64,000 nucleotides of DNA from a virus (taxonomy: Duplodnaviria > Caudoviricetes): positions 13,039 to 77,038 of IMG/VR virus record IMGVR_UViG_3300026088_000014. One strand, given 5' to 3'. Shown piece after piece: positions 27,842-35,772 of the stretch. Every line of letters starts with the position of its first letter. The first letter of the stretch is position 1. The position numbers and the translations under genes were made by a program. Under the pieces are notes generated by a model. The model was not told where the DNA came from. It searched no databases and saw only the letters and a program-made list of their open reading frames with translations.

Positions 27842-28155
27842 CCGACCAGCAGATCATCATTCCCAAGCCGGAGCAGGAGGTTCGTCCTAGCTGGCGCGAG
27901 GAGTGGTTCAAGAAGATGGAGGATACCTGGAATCCTCCCTTCGAGATTCCCAATATCGAGTTTCATTATTACAAGGAAGACTTCATCAACCGGCACCTGA
28001 GCGTGCGGGCGGCACGCGACTGGAGGAACCATCCGTTCTGGTTCTACGTCTGCGTGCTGTTCTTATTGGGACAAATGGCGGCGCTGGGACTTGGGGTCTC
28101 ATTCAGGATACTCAAGCCGTTCATCCCGGCGCTTGATTTGCCGAATCTGAGCTAA
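27838..28155 (+). CDS. Hypothetical protein with C-terminal TM segment
   Basis: ATGA overlap with pseI; hydrophobic C-terminus. Confidence 0.55.
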   Translation: MTDQQIIIPKPEQEVRPSWREEWFKKMEDTWNPPFEIPNIEFHYYKEDFINRHLSVRAARDWRNHPFWFYVCVLFLLGQMAALGLGVSFRILKPFIPALDLPNLS

Positions 28156-28257
28156 GTGAAAGCTGCGCCGCCAGTCCAGGATCACTCACAGGACCACTGT
28201 CATCCGCTGTGCGGTTGATGACAGCAAAGGAGTCGACGCAGCTTCCGTTGCCTCAAA

Positions 28258-28566
28258 TCAGGTATTGGCTGCGACCGCAGCTGCCAGCTTGGCTTTCTGC
28301 GCATCGAGTGCATCGGACAGCGCCTGCAGCTTGGCCGGGTCGCCGGAGGCGATGGCGGCATCGAGCCTTGCTTTGATGTCGGTGAGCAGCGCGATCACGC
28401 TGTCTTCAACGGTACCAAGGTCAGTTACCTTGGCAACGATATCATCGAGGATTGGCATGATTTTATTCTCCAGTTGAGTGATGTGTTTATCCAGTTCAAT
28501 CGCCCAGGATGGTGCGTTCCACCATGGGTTATAGTACCAGCCTGTCAGTTTTTGTCTGAGATTCAT
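28258..28566 (-). CDS. Helical hypothetical protein
   Basis: C-terminal LDDIVAKV...GDPAKLQALSDAL...AAVAANT. Confidence 0.6.
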   Translation of the reverse strand: MNLRQKLTGWYYNPWWNAPSWAIELDKHITQLENKIMPILDDIVAKVTDLGTVEDSVIALLTDIKARLDAAIASGDPAKLQALSDALDAQKAKLAAAVAANT

Positions 28567-28570
28567 CCCG

Positions 28571-29152
28571 CTACAGATGCCCACGATGTGTCCGGCTTAC
28601 AAGCTTTCTTTGGTATCGCTTGGTCGATAGATTGCCGTTGTCCAGATGAAAGTGGACTGGACCATTAGCACGCACACCATGACCGGCGAATGACTGTCCG
28701 CCCATGGTGTAGCCGATGTAGTTGATATTGCCGATGGGCGGAGTCGGATAGCCGCCGCCGACACCAGTCCATTCAGACGATATGACGCAACTGACTGTGT
28801 GCGTTCCTGGGGTGAGATCGGTACGCGATGTCGGGCACCACCAGCGGGTGGTGCCGGAGGGATCGGAGGCGACGAACAGGCGCAAGGTGGCGGGCGGAGA
28901 GTCGGCAGACTCGACGGGATACAATGTGCCGGAGCCGCTGATGGTAAAGGTCAGGCTGATGGTCTGCCCGACCTGGGCGCGCTGCTGCTTGACGCAATAG
29001 TGCAGCTCACCGAAGTTGAAGTCGTCGCAGGGGCCGATGCCGACCGAGTAGAGCGCGGTCCAGCCCGGAGCCGATACGATCGGTGGGCTGCCGCCGCCGG
29101 AGGAACAGGCGGACAGCAAGAGGGTGGCGAGGATGAGATGGGTTTTAGCCAT
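28571..29152 (-). CDS. Lipoprotein, beta-rich
   Basis: MAKTHLILATLLLSAC lipobox. Confidence 0.65.
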   Translation of the reverse strand: MAKTHLILATLLLSACSSGGGSPPIVSAPGWTALYSVGIGPCDDFNFGELHYCVKQQRAQVGQTISLTFTISGSGTLYPVESADSPPATLRLFVASDPSGTTRWWCPTSRTDLTPGTHTVSCVISSEWTGVGGGYPTPPIGNINYIGYTMGGQSFAGHGVRANGPVHFHLDNGNLSTKRYQRKLVSRTHRGHL

Positions 29153-29321
29153 CGCGGCCCAGTTCTTTCGCAAGCTCGCGCGATGTCTGCAGGTCGACGG
29201 CAAACTCGGCGGCCTCTCTCGCCTCATCTTCGGTGGCAAAGTCCATGAGCTGCACCGCGGCCACCGGGTCAGCCGAGCGATAGAGCGCCTTCCTGATCGC
29301 CTCACTCAGCTTGACGATCAT
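29145..29321 (-). CDS. Hypothetical protein
   Basis: Coupled overlaps in a minus-strand run. Confidence 0.5.
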   Translation of the reverse strand: MIVKLSEAIRKALYRSADPVAAVQLMDFATEDEAREAAEFAVDLQTSRELAKELGRDG

Positions 29322-29476
29322 GGCTTGGGCCCCTCCTGGGTATCGCGCAGCTTCTCGATCAGCACCTGCAGCGCCCACTCGATGTTCATCAGCCGGTTCT
29401 GCGTCTCCATCTTGGGATGGTCGACCCCGGTGACGCGGCGGCTGTTGAACTCGACCAGCAGTTCCTGAAAGGTCAT
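29318..29476 (-). CDS. Hypothetical protein
   Basis: 52 aa from the internal ATG; coupled stop. Confidence 0.5.
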   Translation of the reverse strand: MTFQELLVEFNSRRVTGVDHPKMETQNRLMNIEWALQVLIEKLRDTQEGPKP

Positions 29477-29565
29477 GTCATTTCCCCATGCTGATGTTGG
29501 ACAAAAGCCAGCCGATGGCAAAGGCGATGAGAAAGGCGAGAGCGTACTCCTGAACCGTCGACAGC

Positions 29566-29811
29566 TCACGCACCGTGCAGGCGGCCCCAGATCAGCACCT
29601 GCTCGGGCTTCTTGGCTGCCTTGATCGGCTTAGGCTCTTCCGTCTTTGGCTCCGTCTTGGCGAGATTCTTCAGCGCTGGCTCATAGACCTTCACGGCCTC
29701 ATCCATGGCCTGCTCAGATGTGGGCTCAACCTGTTTCTTCTGCGTCACGGCCGTCTTCCTCTTCGGTTTGTGGACCTTGGCTACCTTGGCTCTTTTCTTC
29801 GTCTTTGTCAT
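29566..29811 (-). CDS. Lys-rich hypothetical protein
   Basis: ORF track; coupled overlaps. Confidence 0.5.
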   Translation of the reverse strand: MTKTKKRAKVAKVHKPKRKTAVTQKKQVEPTSEQAMDEAVKVYEPALKNLAKTEPKTEEPKPIKAAKKPEQVLIWGRLHGA

Positions 29812-30035
29812 TGCAGTCGCTCCTGCTTTACATCCTCCCGTATAGCTAAGCCGCGGTTAATGAGAATGGTTTCAATAGCAGTCAGCCGATCCTGCATCCT
29901 CCCCACGATCTCGACCGTCAACAGCAGATTCTTGGAAATCTCAGTGACCCGATCCGTCAGCAGCGCAAGCTGCCTGACCTGCCTCTCATGCAGCTCCATC
30001 TCCCCGCTGCCGGGTAGCCAGTCGCGCCAGCTCAT
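29808..30035 (-). CDS. Hypothetical coiled-coil protein
   Basis: ATGA overlaps at both ends. Confidence 0.5.
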   Translation of the reverse strand: MSWRDWLPGSGEMELHERQVRQLALLTDRVTEISKNLLLTVEIVGRMQDRLTAIETILINRGLAIREDVKQERLQ

Positions 30036-30265
30036 TTGCCAGTCTCCCTCCGCCGCCTCCGCCACGTCTTCATATACTCCCGCATGTAGGCACGATGCGA
30101 TGCCCAGCCCTCGTCACCCTTGCGGACCTTGCCCTCAACAAGAGGCTTGGGCGGTTCCGAGTACTCTTTTAGTCCAAGGATGAAGTCGCAGATCCCCACA
30201 ACGTCAGGCATGCGAGTCTGCCGCCGAATGGATGATGCCAGCCTCTTGGCTTCCTGAAGTGTCAT
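30032..30265 (-). CDS. Hypothetical protein
   Basis: First gene of the leftward run; RAYMREYMKTWR motif. Confidence 0.55.
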   Translation of the reverse strand: MTLQEAKRLASSIRRQTRMPDVVGICDFILGLKEYSEPPKPLVEGKVRKGDEGWASHRAYMREYMKTWRRRRRETGK

Positions 30266-30268
30266 GAA

Positions 30269-30313
30269 CGTAAACTAACACATGCAGTGTTAACTAACAA
30301 GTGTTAACTAACA
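30269..30313. repeat. Tandem 14-bp direct repeat AGTGTTAACTAACA x2 plus a degenerate copy
   Basis: Copies at 30286-30299 and 30300-30313; GTAAACTAACA at 30270-30280. Confidence 0.85.
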
Positions 30314-31060
30314 GACCCCCCTACTTTTTATAGAAATTTTTGAGACATAGGCCTGGGTGGAGGAAGATAAATAATCGAAGGACCCTTTCTATTAGGGCCC
30401 TCTACCCTCCTTGTACCGGACCCAGTTATGGCTTTGGGGACTAGATGCCCTAAGCATCTAGCCCCAATAGACCAGTCCTAATGCCTTGTCTTTACAGCGT
30501 TGCTGTAAGGGAACAGCTGACTGGCGTGATGGAAGGCGTGAGTCAGATAACCCAACCAAATCCCCTTGGATTTAACTGAGCTTGGATAATCCCAATGAAA
30601 TGGGAAGAGGGGAGAGTAAGAGAGGGAAGATAGGTCAATCCTTCCTTTCTCGCTCTCTTGCTTCGCTTTGTAAGAGCTCGAAATGGTTTCCGGCTCGACA
30701 AACAGCGGAGTTCGACGATGCGAGTTTCCGAATGGAAGGCCAAAGCGAAGGTTGCGAAGCAACGGAATCCCAAGTCTTTAGCGACGTTTCGGCCGAAGTC
30801 ACCGAAGGTGACGACCCCGATGATTCGTCCAGTCAATAGACTGGATGATGATGGCAGCACGATGTTGTTTGCACTGGATACAGTGCAACAACTGAGGCTT
30901 TGGGCGGCAGCCAATAGGCTGCTCGGCAAGTCCGGCTACTTCGTTCACGGCAAAGCCGTGGAGAAAGACGAATGTCTGGCAGAGCCAGACATGCTGACAG
31001 CCTTTGGCCTTCGGCCAATCTGGCATGGCCGGGTGTAATCCGGTCAAGTTCCCCAACCAC

Positions 31061-31108
31061 TACTCTCTCGTCTCCACCCCTCACGAAGTGAGGGTGGAGA
31101 CAGAGAGT
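31061..31108 (+). promoter_or_regulatory. Long bulged hairpin, core CCCCTCAC-GAA-GTGAGGG (copy 1)
   Basis: Core at 31077-31094 with complementary flanks. Confidence 0.8.
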
Positions 31109-31144
31109 AAACCACCGAACCACCAACCTGAAAGGAATAGGATC

Positions 31145-31564
31145 ATGACCAAGCAAGCTTGGAATCAACAGCAAATCGCTCAGGCCTTCAAGATGCTTCA
31201 GCATCTTGCCCAGCAGGCTGAGGCTTCGCCTCAGACCTTCGGCAACATCTCGGCCTCCTTGGCCAAGAAGGATCAACAGATCCTTCGTGGCTTCAAACGG
31301 CTCGGCATCAAGGATGTCGTGTTGATGGATCGGTCTGATAAGACCCGATCCTTCAACGTCAAGCCTTTCAAGGCTTGGGTCGCCGAGGGTCGTGTTGTCC
31401 GGAAGGGACAACACGGAGTCAAAGGGCTGTTTCACGTCTCTCAGACCGATCCTCTGGATCAGGCTGAGAAGCCAGTGGCTCAGCCAAAGGCTGAGAAGCC
31501 GAGTGTCGTCAAGTCCTTTGCGGACTTGGCGAAGCTCGTCACCAACGACAACCAGCCGGCCTAA
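31145..31564 (+). CDS. ArdC-N-like ssDNA-binding domain protein
   Basis: FNVKPFKAWVAEGRVVRKGQHG...LFHVSQT; RBS AAGGA. Confidence 0.55.
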   Translation: MTKQAWNQQQIAQAFKMLQHLAQQAEASPQTFGNISASLAKKDQQILRGFKRLGIKDVVLMDRSDKTRSFNVKPFKAWVAEGRVVRKGQHGVKGLFHVSQTDPLDQAEKPVAQPKAEKPSVVKSFADLAKLVTNDNQPA

Positions 31565-31636
31565 TAAGGCCGACTCTTGCAGGGAGAGGCTTTGCCTCTC
31601 CCTGTTCCCTTTAATCCCAAACGATGGAGAACACCG

Positions 31637-31828
31637 ATGAAATCGGTGAAAACTCGGGTTTATCTCGAAGATGAAGCGCCGCGGCTTGGCTGCGGCTGGC
31701 GAACCCTGCTGATTAAAGTCGGCAGGAAATGGGTACATTTCCTCGATCCCTATAATGGCAACCGGGCCAAGCTCAGGATAAGCAAGGCCGAGCCGATTAT
31801 CCGCTCGCTCTCTCCCCTCACGAAGTGA
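31637..31828 (+). CDS. Hypothetical early protein
   Basis: RBS GGAG; RLGCGWR...VGRKWV motif. Confidence 0.6.
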   Translation: MKSVKTRVYLEDEAPRLGCGWRTLLIKVGRKWVHFLDPYNGNRAKLRISKAEPIIRSLSPLTK

Positions 31829-31845
31829 GGGAGAGAGCAGAGCGC
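31802..31845 (+). promoter_or_regulatory. Long bulged hairpin (copy 2)
   Basis: Identical 18-nt core at 31814-31831; different but complementary arms. Confidence 0.8.
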
Positions 31846-31948
31846 CGCTAAACCCCGCCGCTCAAATACCGCCATTTCAGTGATAATTGCCGTGCGCTTT
31901 TAGGTTATTGCCTGACGCTATCTTTAACACAAACCGTGGAGAAATGCC

Positions 31949-32110
31949 ATGATTGTCAAGTCGTTTACCGCTGCCATGATCGACTATTTCGGCAAGAAGC
32001 CGGGACAGTCGAACACCGAGTTTATTCTGGAAATGAAGAAACTCGATGCGGCCTGCCGGGCCTATTTCACCAAGCTGCTGGAAGCCGAAGGCTTCCAGAT
32101 CACCAACTAA
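31949..32110 (+). CDS. Hypothetical early protein (53 aa)
   Basis: Hand-translated MIVKSFTAAMIDYFGKKPGQ...; RBS GGAG; followed by a terminator. Confidence 0.55.
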   Translation: MIVKSFTAAMIDYFGKKPGQSNTEFILEMKKLDAACRAYFTKLLEAEGFQITN

Positions 32111-32114
32111 TACC

Positions 32115-32140
32115 AATGGGGAGCGAAAGCTCCCCATTTT
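32115..32140 (+). terminator. Rho-independent terminator
   Basis: ATGGGGAGC-GAAA-GCTCCCCAT followed by TTT. Confidence 0.8.
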
Positions 32141-32485
32141 CATTTAACCGGGGGAATCATCATGCCAGTAATTAACATTATCGTCCTGACGTTATCTTTA
32201 ATGTGCGCCGTCAATGGCATTGTCCTGGCCATTATGGCAATGGGACTGCCGCAATAAATCCGACGAAAAGCGTTAATATCAGATTAGCAACGGAGCAAGT
32301 CATGGCACGGCACAAGAACAAAGGCGGACGAAAACCAAGGTCCGGATCGAAGCGTCAATTAAAGTTGCATCTGGACGGAATGCGAAAAGCCGACGACGCG
32401 CGGGCAGTAATAAAAGGGGCCATGACACACGCTGAATTTGAGGCAATCCACGGCAAGCATTAATCCCTAATTAGGAACGGAACCC

Positions 32486-32695
32486 ATGCTAACAAATATA
32501 GACTGGTGTGAGCGCTACATAAGCCGCATTAAAAACAATGGCAAAAAAGCTTATGCACGCGCCTATCTAAATTTTAAGTCTAATCATGCCGATATGCCAA
32601 ACCATCATTCTTTCGGTATTGGCGGCATGGCAGCACAGGCGGTGCGCCAGAATATCGACCACGCCACGCTGACCGTAATCACATCCCGTCGTTAA
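32486..32695 (+). CDS. Hypothetical protein
   Basis: ORF track; AGGA upstream. Confidence 0.5.
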   Translation: MLTNIDWCERYISRIKNNGKKAYARAYLNFKSNHADMPNHHSFGIGGMAAQAVRQNIDHATLTVITSRR

Positions 32696-32772
32696 CACTC
32701 AGACTGGTTATCCCATAAGGGACTTGACGGGGCGCAAATGCCCTTAACCAACACATCCAACGGAGCATCGCC

Positions 32773-33000
32773 ATGACACAGACCGAGGCTAATCACCTCA
32801 AAAATGGTTACTATAAGCTGCGAAGTGAGTCCTCTGTCCTTAAGGATGGAGGTAGACGCTTTGAAGGTACGCGCTGGCTTATACGAGAAAGCTGTATTGA
32901 GCGTTACGCCGATAGCTGGGTCTTGCGAGTTTATAATATCGAAGGCAACGTAGAAGCCTGCCTGATCTCCCCTAATGGAACGCAGCGCAATTACTGCTAA
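32773..33000 (+). CDS. Hypothetical protein
   Basis: RBS GGAG; convergent with terS. Confidence 0.5.
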   Translation: MTQTEANHLKNGYYKLRSESSVLKDGGRRFEGTRWLIRESCIERYADSWVLRVYNIEGNVEACLISPNGTQRNYC

Positions 33001-33569
33001 TTCACCGCATCACTGGCGGCTTTTTGAATCAAGAGGCCGTCAGCATCAGGCTCTGGGACCTCTTGTAGTGGCTCCACATTCGCCGGCTGCCAGTCGGTGA
33101 TCCCGAAGTGCCTTGCTAGCTCCAAAGCTGCTGTACGACCTTTTCTGGCCGCTACAGCGTTGAGGATTTCGTTGGCATCCTCCATTTGCGCCACATCGGT
33201 TGTATCGCTGATGTCAACACGATCGCGCAGGAGTCCAACCAGTTTAGCCTGAGCGGTCGCCGCATTGGTTAGATCGTTCGGCTTGGCTTGTGCCCGAGCC
33301 ATCGTGATCGCTTCCTCGTAATTGCTGAGGATCTTATCCTCGGTGATGTCAGCGCGCTTTGCCATGCGATCCCTCAATTCCTCGATGCGCCGCCTAACCT
33401 CAGGCCGTCGTTTGATGTCCCAACCGATAACCTTAAAGCTTTGCGGCAGTATCTCTGCCTTCTTGGGATAGAACTCCCACACCTTGACATAAGCTTCCTT
33501 GGAGTTGCCGCCATTGCGAACATACTCGCGCGCAAAAAGCTCATGGCTTAATCGTTTCAATCGGGCCAT
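32997..33569 (-). CDS. terS: Terminase small subunit
   Basis: HELFAREYVRNGGNSKEAY HTH, PEVRRRIEELR...ITEDKIL and AAT.QAKLVGL pattern. Confidence 0.75.
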   Translation of the reverse strand: MARLKRLSHELFAREYVRNGGNSKEAYVKVWEFYPKKAEILPQSFKVIGWDIKRRPEVRRRIEELRDRMAKRADITEDKILSNYEEAITMARAQAKPNDLTNAATAQAKLVGLLRDRVDISDTTDVAQMEDANEILNAVAARKGRTAALELARHFGITDWQPANVEPLQEVPEPDADGLLIQKAASDAVN

Positions 33570-33607
33570 GACGCATGGATATACCATTACCGCTAAGGCA
33601 CCGCAAA

Positions 33608-33653
33608 CTCTCTCTTTTCTCTCTCGCTTCGCTTCGAGAGAGAGAAAAGAGAG
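33608..33653 (+). promoter_or_regulatory. Pyrimidine/purine long hairpin
   Basis: CTCTCTCTTTTCTCTCTCG-loop-CGAGAGAGAGAAAAGAGAG directly before an AAGGAG RBS. Confidence 0.75.
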
Positions 33654-33666
33654 AAAGGAGGCCCCG

Positions 33667-33840
33667 ATGAATTGGATCGTCATGTCCTATGAACTCACCA
33701 GCGATAATACGATCGCCAATGTTGCACAAATGGTGTTTGGACCATTTCAAACAATTCAGTCCGCCGAAGAATATGCCGATGAATTTGGCGGAGCATGGGA
33801 AGGCTACAGCGTAATCGAATTGCAAAAACCTAAGTTCTAA
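33667..33840 (+). CDS. Hypothetical protein (57 aa)
   Basis: AAGGAGG RBS; VFGPFQT...AEEYA motif. Confidence 0.6.
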   Translation: MNWIVMSYELTSDNTIANVAQMVFGPFQTIQSAEEYADEFGGAWEGYSVIELQKPKF

Positions 33841-33855
33841 GCACCCCGCAAAACT

Positions 33856-33900
33856 CCTCTTCTCCGCTGCCCCTCACGAAGTGAGGGCAGCGGGAAGAGG
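33856..33900 (+). promoter_or_regulatory. Long bulged hairpin (copy 3)
   Basis: Identical core at 33870-33887. Confidence 0.8.
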
Positions 33901-33934
33901 AACGCCGCCCCGCCACCAAACAAAGGAGATCGTT

Positions 33935-34294
33935 ATGGATGATGCAAAACTCATGGCTCTCTTAACGCAGCTACTTGAGGGCCAAAACAAAGCGCCACGC
34001 AAAGGCAAGGGCAAAGGCAAGAAAGGCAAGCGTGTTGCCTCAACGCCGGAGCTCAAGGCCGAGCGAATGGCTGCCAATGATGCCGAGTGCATCAAGGTGT
34101 TCACCGCCGCTGGCTATCAGGACGTTCAGCCTCGCATCAACGTTCTGACCTACGGTCGCATCAAGCCGGACGGCACCATTACCGGCTGGCTCAGCAAAGG
34201 CCGCAAGGTCAAAGCCGGTGAGCATGGTCATCGGGTTGGAGTGTTCAACCTGTTCCACATTGACCAAACCGCAGAGCTGGAGGCTGTCCAGTAA
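33935..34294 (+). CDS. ArdC-N-like ssDNA-binding domain protein (paralogue of 31145-31564)
   Basis: VLTY...GWLSKGRKVKAGEHG...LFHIDQT; RBS AAGGAG. Confidence 0.55.
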   Translation: MDDAKLMALLTQLLEGQNKAPRKGKGKGKKGKRVASTPELKAERMAANDAECIKVFTAAGYQDVQPRINVLTYGRIKPDGTITGWLSKGRKVKAGEHGHRVGVFNLFHIDQTAELEAVQ

Positions 34295-34306
34295 GCGGCC
34301 GCCAGC

Positions 34307-34349
34307 CTGTCTCTCCCCCCTCTCCGCTCTGCGGAGGGGGGAGAGACAG
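34307..34349 (+). promoter_or_regulatory. Pyrimidine/purine long hairpin
   Basis: CTGTCTCTCCCCCC-T-CTCCGC-TCT-GCGGAG-GGGGGAGAGACAG. Confidence 0.75.
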
Positions 34350-34484
34350 AAGATAAATGCCCCTCCGAATTGTCGGAAGCCTGTCCCGGTTTCTGGCCTG
34401 ATGCGGCGCTACCCCTCCCCGTCCCCCGACAAGCTGGTGAGTGCCGTATTGGAGCAGAAATCTTATTCAACATAGGAGGACGCT

Positions 34485-34805
34485 ATGTTTGAACAATTTT
34501 ACGCACTAAGTATCCGACACGACAGAGAGCTAGGAGTCAGTTGGAGCATTAGCCCACACGCTGAGAATGAATTCATGTTTCACTCTTTTTACCGTCGCGG
34601 ATCTCGCAAAGGAAATGGAGCCGCTGCCCTTAATGAGGTCTGCAATCTTGCTGACCGGAATAACGTAACATTGCGTCTGTGGACCATATATCCCCAGTTG
34701 CATTCATATTATGAGCGGTTTGGTTTTATCCGCGCTGCTGAGAATCCAACTAGCTCGGTTGATTTTGTACGCCAGCCTCAACTGATGCAAGCACAAGCAG
34801 CTTAA
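34485..34805 (+). CDS. GNAT-fold acetyltransferase
   Basis: RKGNGAAAL (motif A) and LHSYYERFGF; RBS AGGAGG. Confidence 0.7.
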   Translation: MFEQFYALSIRHDRELGVSWSISPHAENEFMFHSFYRRGSRKGNGAAALNEVCNLADRNNVTLRLWTIYPQLHSYYERFGFIRAAENPTSSVDFVRQPQLMQAQAA

Positions 34806-34814
34806 TCACCTCAA

Positions 34815-34892
34815 CTTCCCATCGTCTAGCGGCCCAGGACGCTTGCCCTCTCGGGCAGGAAACGTGTGGTTCAAATCCCGCTGGGAAGGCCA
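34815..34892 (+). tRNA. tRNA-Glu(CTC)-like gene with aberrant anticodon and T arms
   Basis: Acceptor CTTCCCA/TGGGAAG plus G-CCA; Glu-type D arm GTCTAGCGGCCCAGGAC; GTTCAAATCC; anticodon arm is 18 nt instead of 17. Confidence 0.65.
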
Positions 34893-34924
34893 ATCCAACC
34901 TGAAAATCCACGAAAGGGACGCCG

Positions 34925-35761
34925 ATGAATTTTCAGATCATGCAGCATGCTGGTGGACGTAACTTTGTCCCCGCTGTTGACGCAAAGGGACATCCCCTCG
35001 TCTTTGACGACGCCAAACAGGCCGCCGATGCAGCGGCTCAGTTGTCTTTGCTCAAAGGCATCAAATTCCAGCCACGCCCCGTTAAAAGCAAGAACGATTG
35101 GCGTGACCGGGAGCGTAACCGATTCAAGGCCGGCGATTACAAGCATGTGCTTTGGATCAACGAGCCGTGGTGGAAGGAAATTCCCGATCACTTCGCTCAT
35201 GTCGGCATCAAGGACAAAACGCGAATTGCTTTCACTCCCGATGCCGACAAGGGCCAAGCCGACAAGCAGACGGCGATGTTGCCGGGAAAGTATCTGCAGA
35301 AATTCTTTGCCGACGTTCTGACGCCAAACCAAATCCGTGATTATGCCATGCAACACAACAATGAATTCGAGAAAACCGAGCTCAAATATGCTCGCACCGT
35401 CGAGGAAATCGAGCACATCTACAAAGTGGGACCAACCGGATCGTGCTTTGCCAAGACCACCAAAGCCAACCTCTATGGCTCGGGTGATTTTGCCGTCGCT
35501 TATCTTGAGGACGAAAAGGGCAAGGTCACGGCACGAACGCTGTGTGTGCCGGAACGCAAAGTCTATGTGCGCCCTTACGGCGACTATTATCGCTTGCAAG
35601 ATGCGATGAATAAAGCCGGTTATCGCTGCTCCACATCAAGTCACGATTATGCCGGGCTGCGTCTGCTGAAAAAGTGGATGTGGGTCGGCTATTACACCGA
35701 TTGGTATCCCGGAGATTGGGATGACGATCCTGACAACAAGGAATTTCTTATCGTTACATAG
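34925..35761 (+). CDS. Conserved phage early protein (paralogue of 35773-37389)
   Basis: Shared blocks RIAFT...GKYLQKFF and SCF...GDFAVAY...ARTL...RPYGD. Confidence 0.75.
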   Translation: MNFQIMQHAGGRNFVPAVDAKGHPLVFDDAKQAADAAAQLSLLKGIKFQPRPVKSKNDWRDRERNRFKAGDYKHVLWINEPWWKEIPDHFAHVGIKDKTRIAFTPDADKGQADKQTAMLPGKYLQKFFADVLTPNQIRDYAMQHNNEFEKTELKYARTVEEIEHIYKVGPTGSCFAKTTKANLYGSGDFAVAYLEDEKGKVTARTLCVPERKVYVRPYGDYYRLQDAMNKAGYRCSTSSHDYAGLRLLKKWMWVGYYTDWYPGDWDDDPDNKEFLIVT

Positions 35762-35772
35762 GGACAACGATT

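Noticed and set aside
30286-30313. CtrA box in the tandem repeat
   Set aside because: The TTAA half-sites are 10 nt apart, not the canonical 7.
30833-31738. 301-aa minus-strand ORF and similar long antisense ORFs (34871-35599, 35692-36492, 37946-38896, 56662-57318)
   Set aside because: They are antisense shadows of well-supported genes in GC-rich DNA.
32612-32628. Gapped self-match of unit 3 (TTnGGnATnGGnGG) in the 32486-32695 gene
   Set aside because: Only 5 of 11 dinucleotides match, one of them from the constant boundary; not significant.
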